64,000 nucleotides of DNA from Escherichia phage T4. Under the pieces are notes generated by a model. It was not told where the DNA came from. It did no database searches and saw nothing but the letters and a program-made list of their open reading frames with translations. Below are positions 63,367 through 64,000 of the stretch, one piece after another. The DNA lies in the sequence record NC_000866.4. One strand, 5' to 3'. Within the stretch, counting starts at the first letter, position 1; each line of letters begins with the position of its first letter. A program made the translations under genes and the position numbers.

Positions 63367-64000
63367 ATGTTTGGTTATTTTTATAATTCGTCTTTTAGAC
63401 GATATGCTACCTTGATGGGCGATTTGTTTTCAAATATCCAAATCAAACGTCAGTTAGAATCTGGTGATAAGTTTATACGTGTTCCTATTACGTATGCATC
63501 AAAGGAACACTTTATGATGAAATTGAATAAATGGACATCAATAAATTCACAAGAAGATGTAGCTAAAGTTGAAACTATTCTACCTCGTATAAATTTACAT
63601 TTAGTTGATTTTAGCTATAATGCTCCATTTAAAACAAACATTTTAAATCAGAATTTACTGCAAAAAGGTGCAACTTCTGTAGTATCGCAGTATAATCCAT
63701 CTCCTATTAAAATGATTTATGAATTGAGTATCTTTACTCGCTATGAAGATGATATGTTTCAAATAGTTGAACAGATTCTTCCATATTTTCAACCTCATTT
63801 TAATACAACTATGTACGAGCAGTTTGGAAATGATATTCCATTTAAAAGGGATATTAAAATTGTACTGATGTCTGCTGCTATAGACGAAGCTATAGATGGG
63901 GATAATTTATCTCGTCGTAGAATTGAATGGTCATTAACATTTGAAGTAAATGGATGGATGTATCCTCCAGTAGATGATGCAGAAGGATTAATTCGTACTA
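63367..64000 (+). CDS. 15: gp15 tail sheath stabiliser / connector, partial (runs off window end)
   Basis: ATG at 63367; MFGYFYNSSFRRYATLMGDLFSNIQIKRQ... continues to window end. Confidence 0.85.
   Translation, partial: MFGYFYNSSFRRYATLMGDLFSNIQIKRQLESGDKFIRVPITYASKEHFMMKLNKWTSINSQEDVAKVETILPRINLHLVDFSYNAPFKTNILNQNLLQKGATSVVSQYNPSPIKMIYELSIFTRYEDDMFQIVEQILPYFQPHFNTTMYEQFGNDIPFKRDIKIVLMSAAIDEAIDGDNLSRRRIEWSLTFEVNGWMYPPVDDAEGLIRT

Overview
This window is a segment of a T4-like (T-even, Tequatrovirus-type) coliphage genome, running gene-for-gene in T4 order from gene 45 to the start of gene 15. I found no obviously foreign island or undescribed multi-gene system; the observations worth a second look are local anomalies and uncharacterised ORFs, listed under findings. 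Identification rests on reading the six-frame translations against remembered T4 proteins (lysozyme e, gp46/gp47, a-gt, gp55, NrdD with the I-TevII intron, endo VII, NrdC, rI, Tk, RegB, DenV, IPI-III, gp57A/B, baseplate and tail-fibre proteins); no database search was possible. Layout: 1-45337 is early and middle genes on the minus strand (replication and recombination, nucleotide metabolism, internal proteins, lysozyme, an 8-tRNA cluster, homing endonucleases); 45385-64000 is late baseplate, short-tail-fibre and fibritin genes on the plus strand. The phage is not the reference T4: lysozyme differs at two residues (from memory) and the segC-like gene is frameshifted. The ORF track uses alternative start codons (for example TTG at 44033-44035), so several starts were trimmed to the likely ATG. 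Names such as nrdC.1-nrdC.11, e.2-e.8 and vs.3-vs.8 are assigned by synteny and are provisional. Coordinates of tRNAs, promoters and splice sites are hand-derived and may be off by a few bases.
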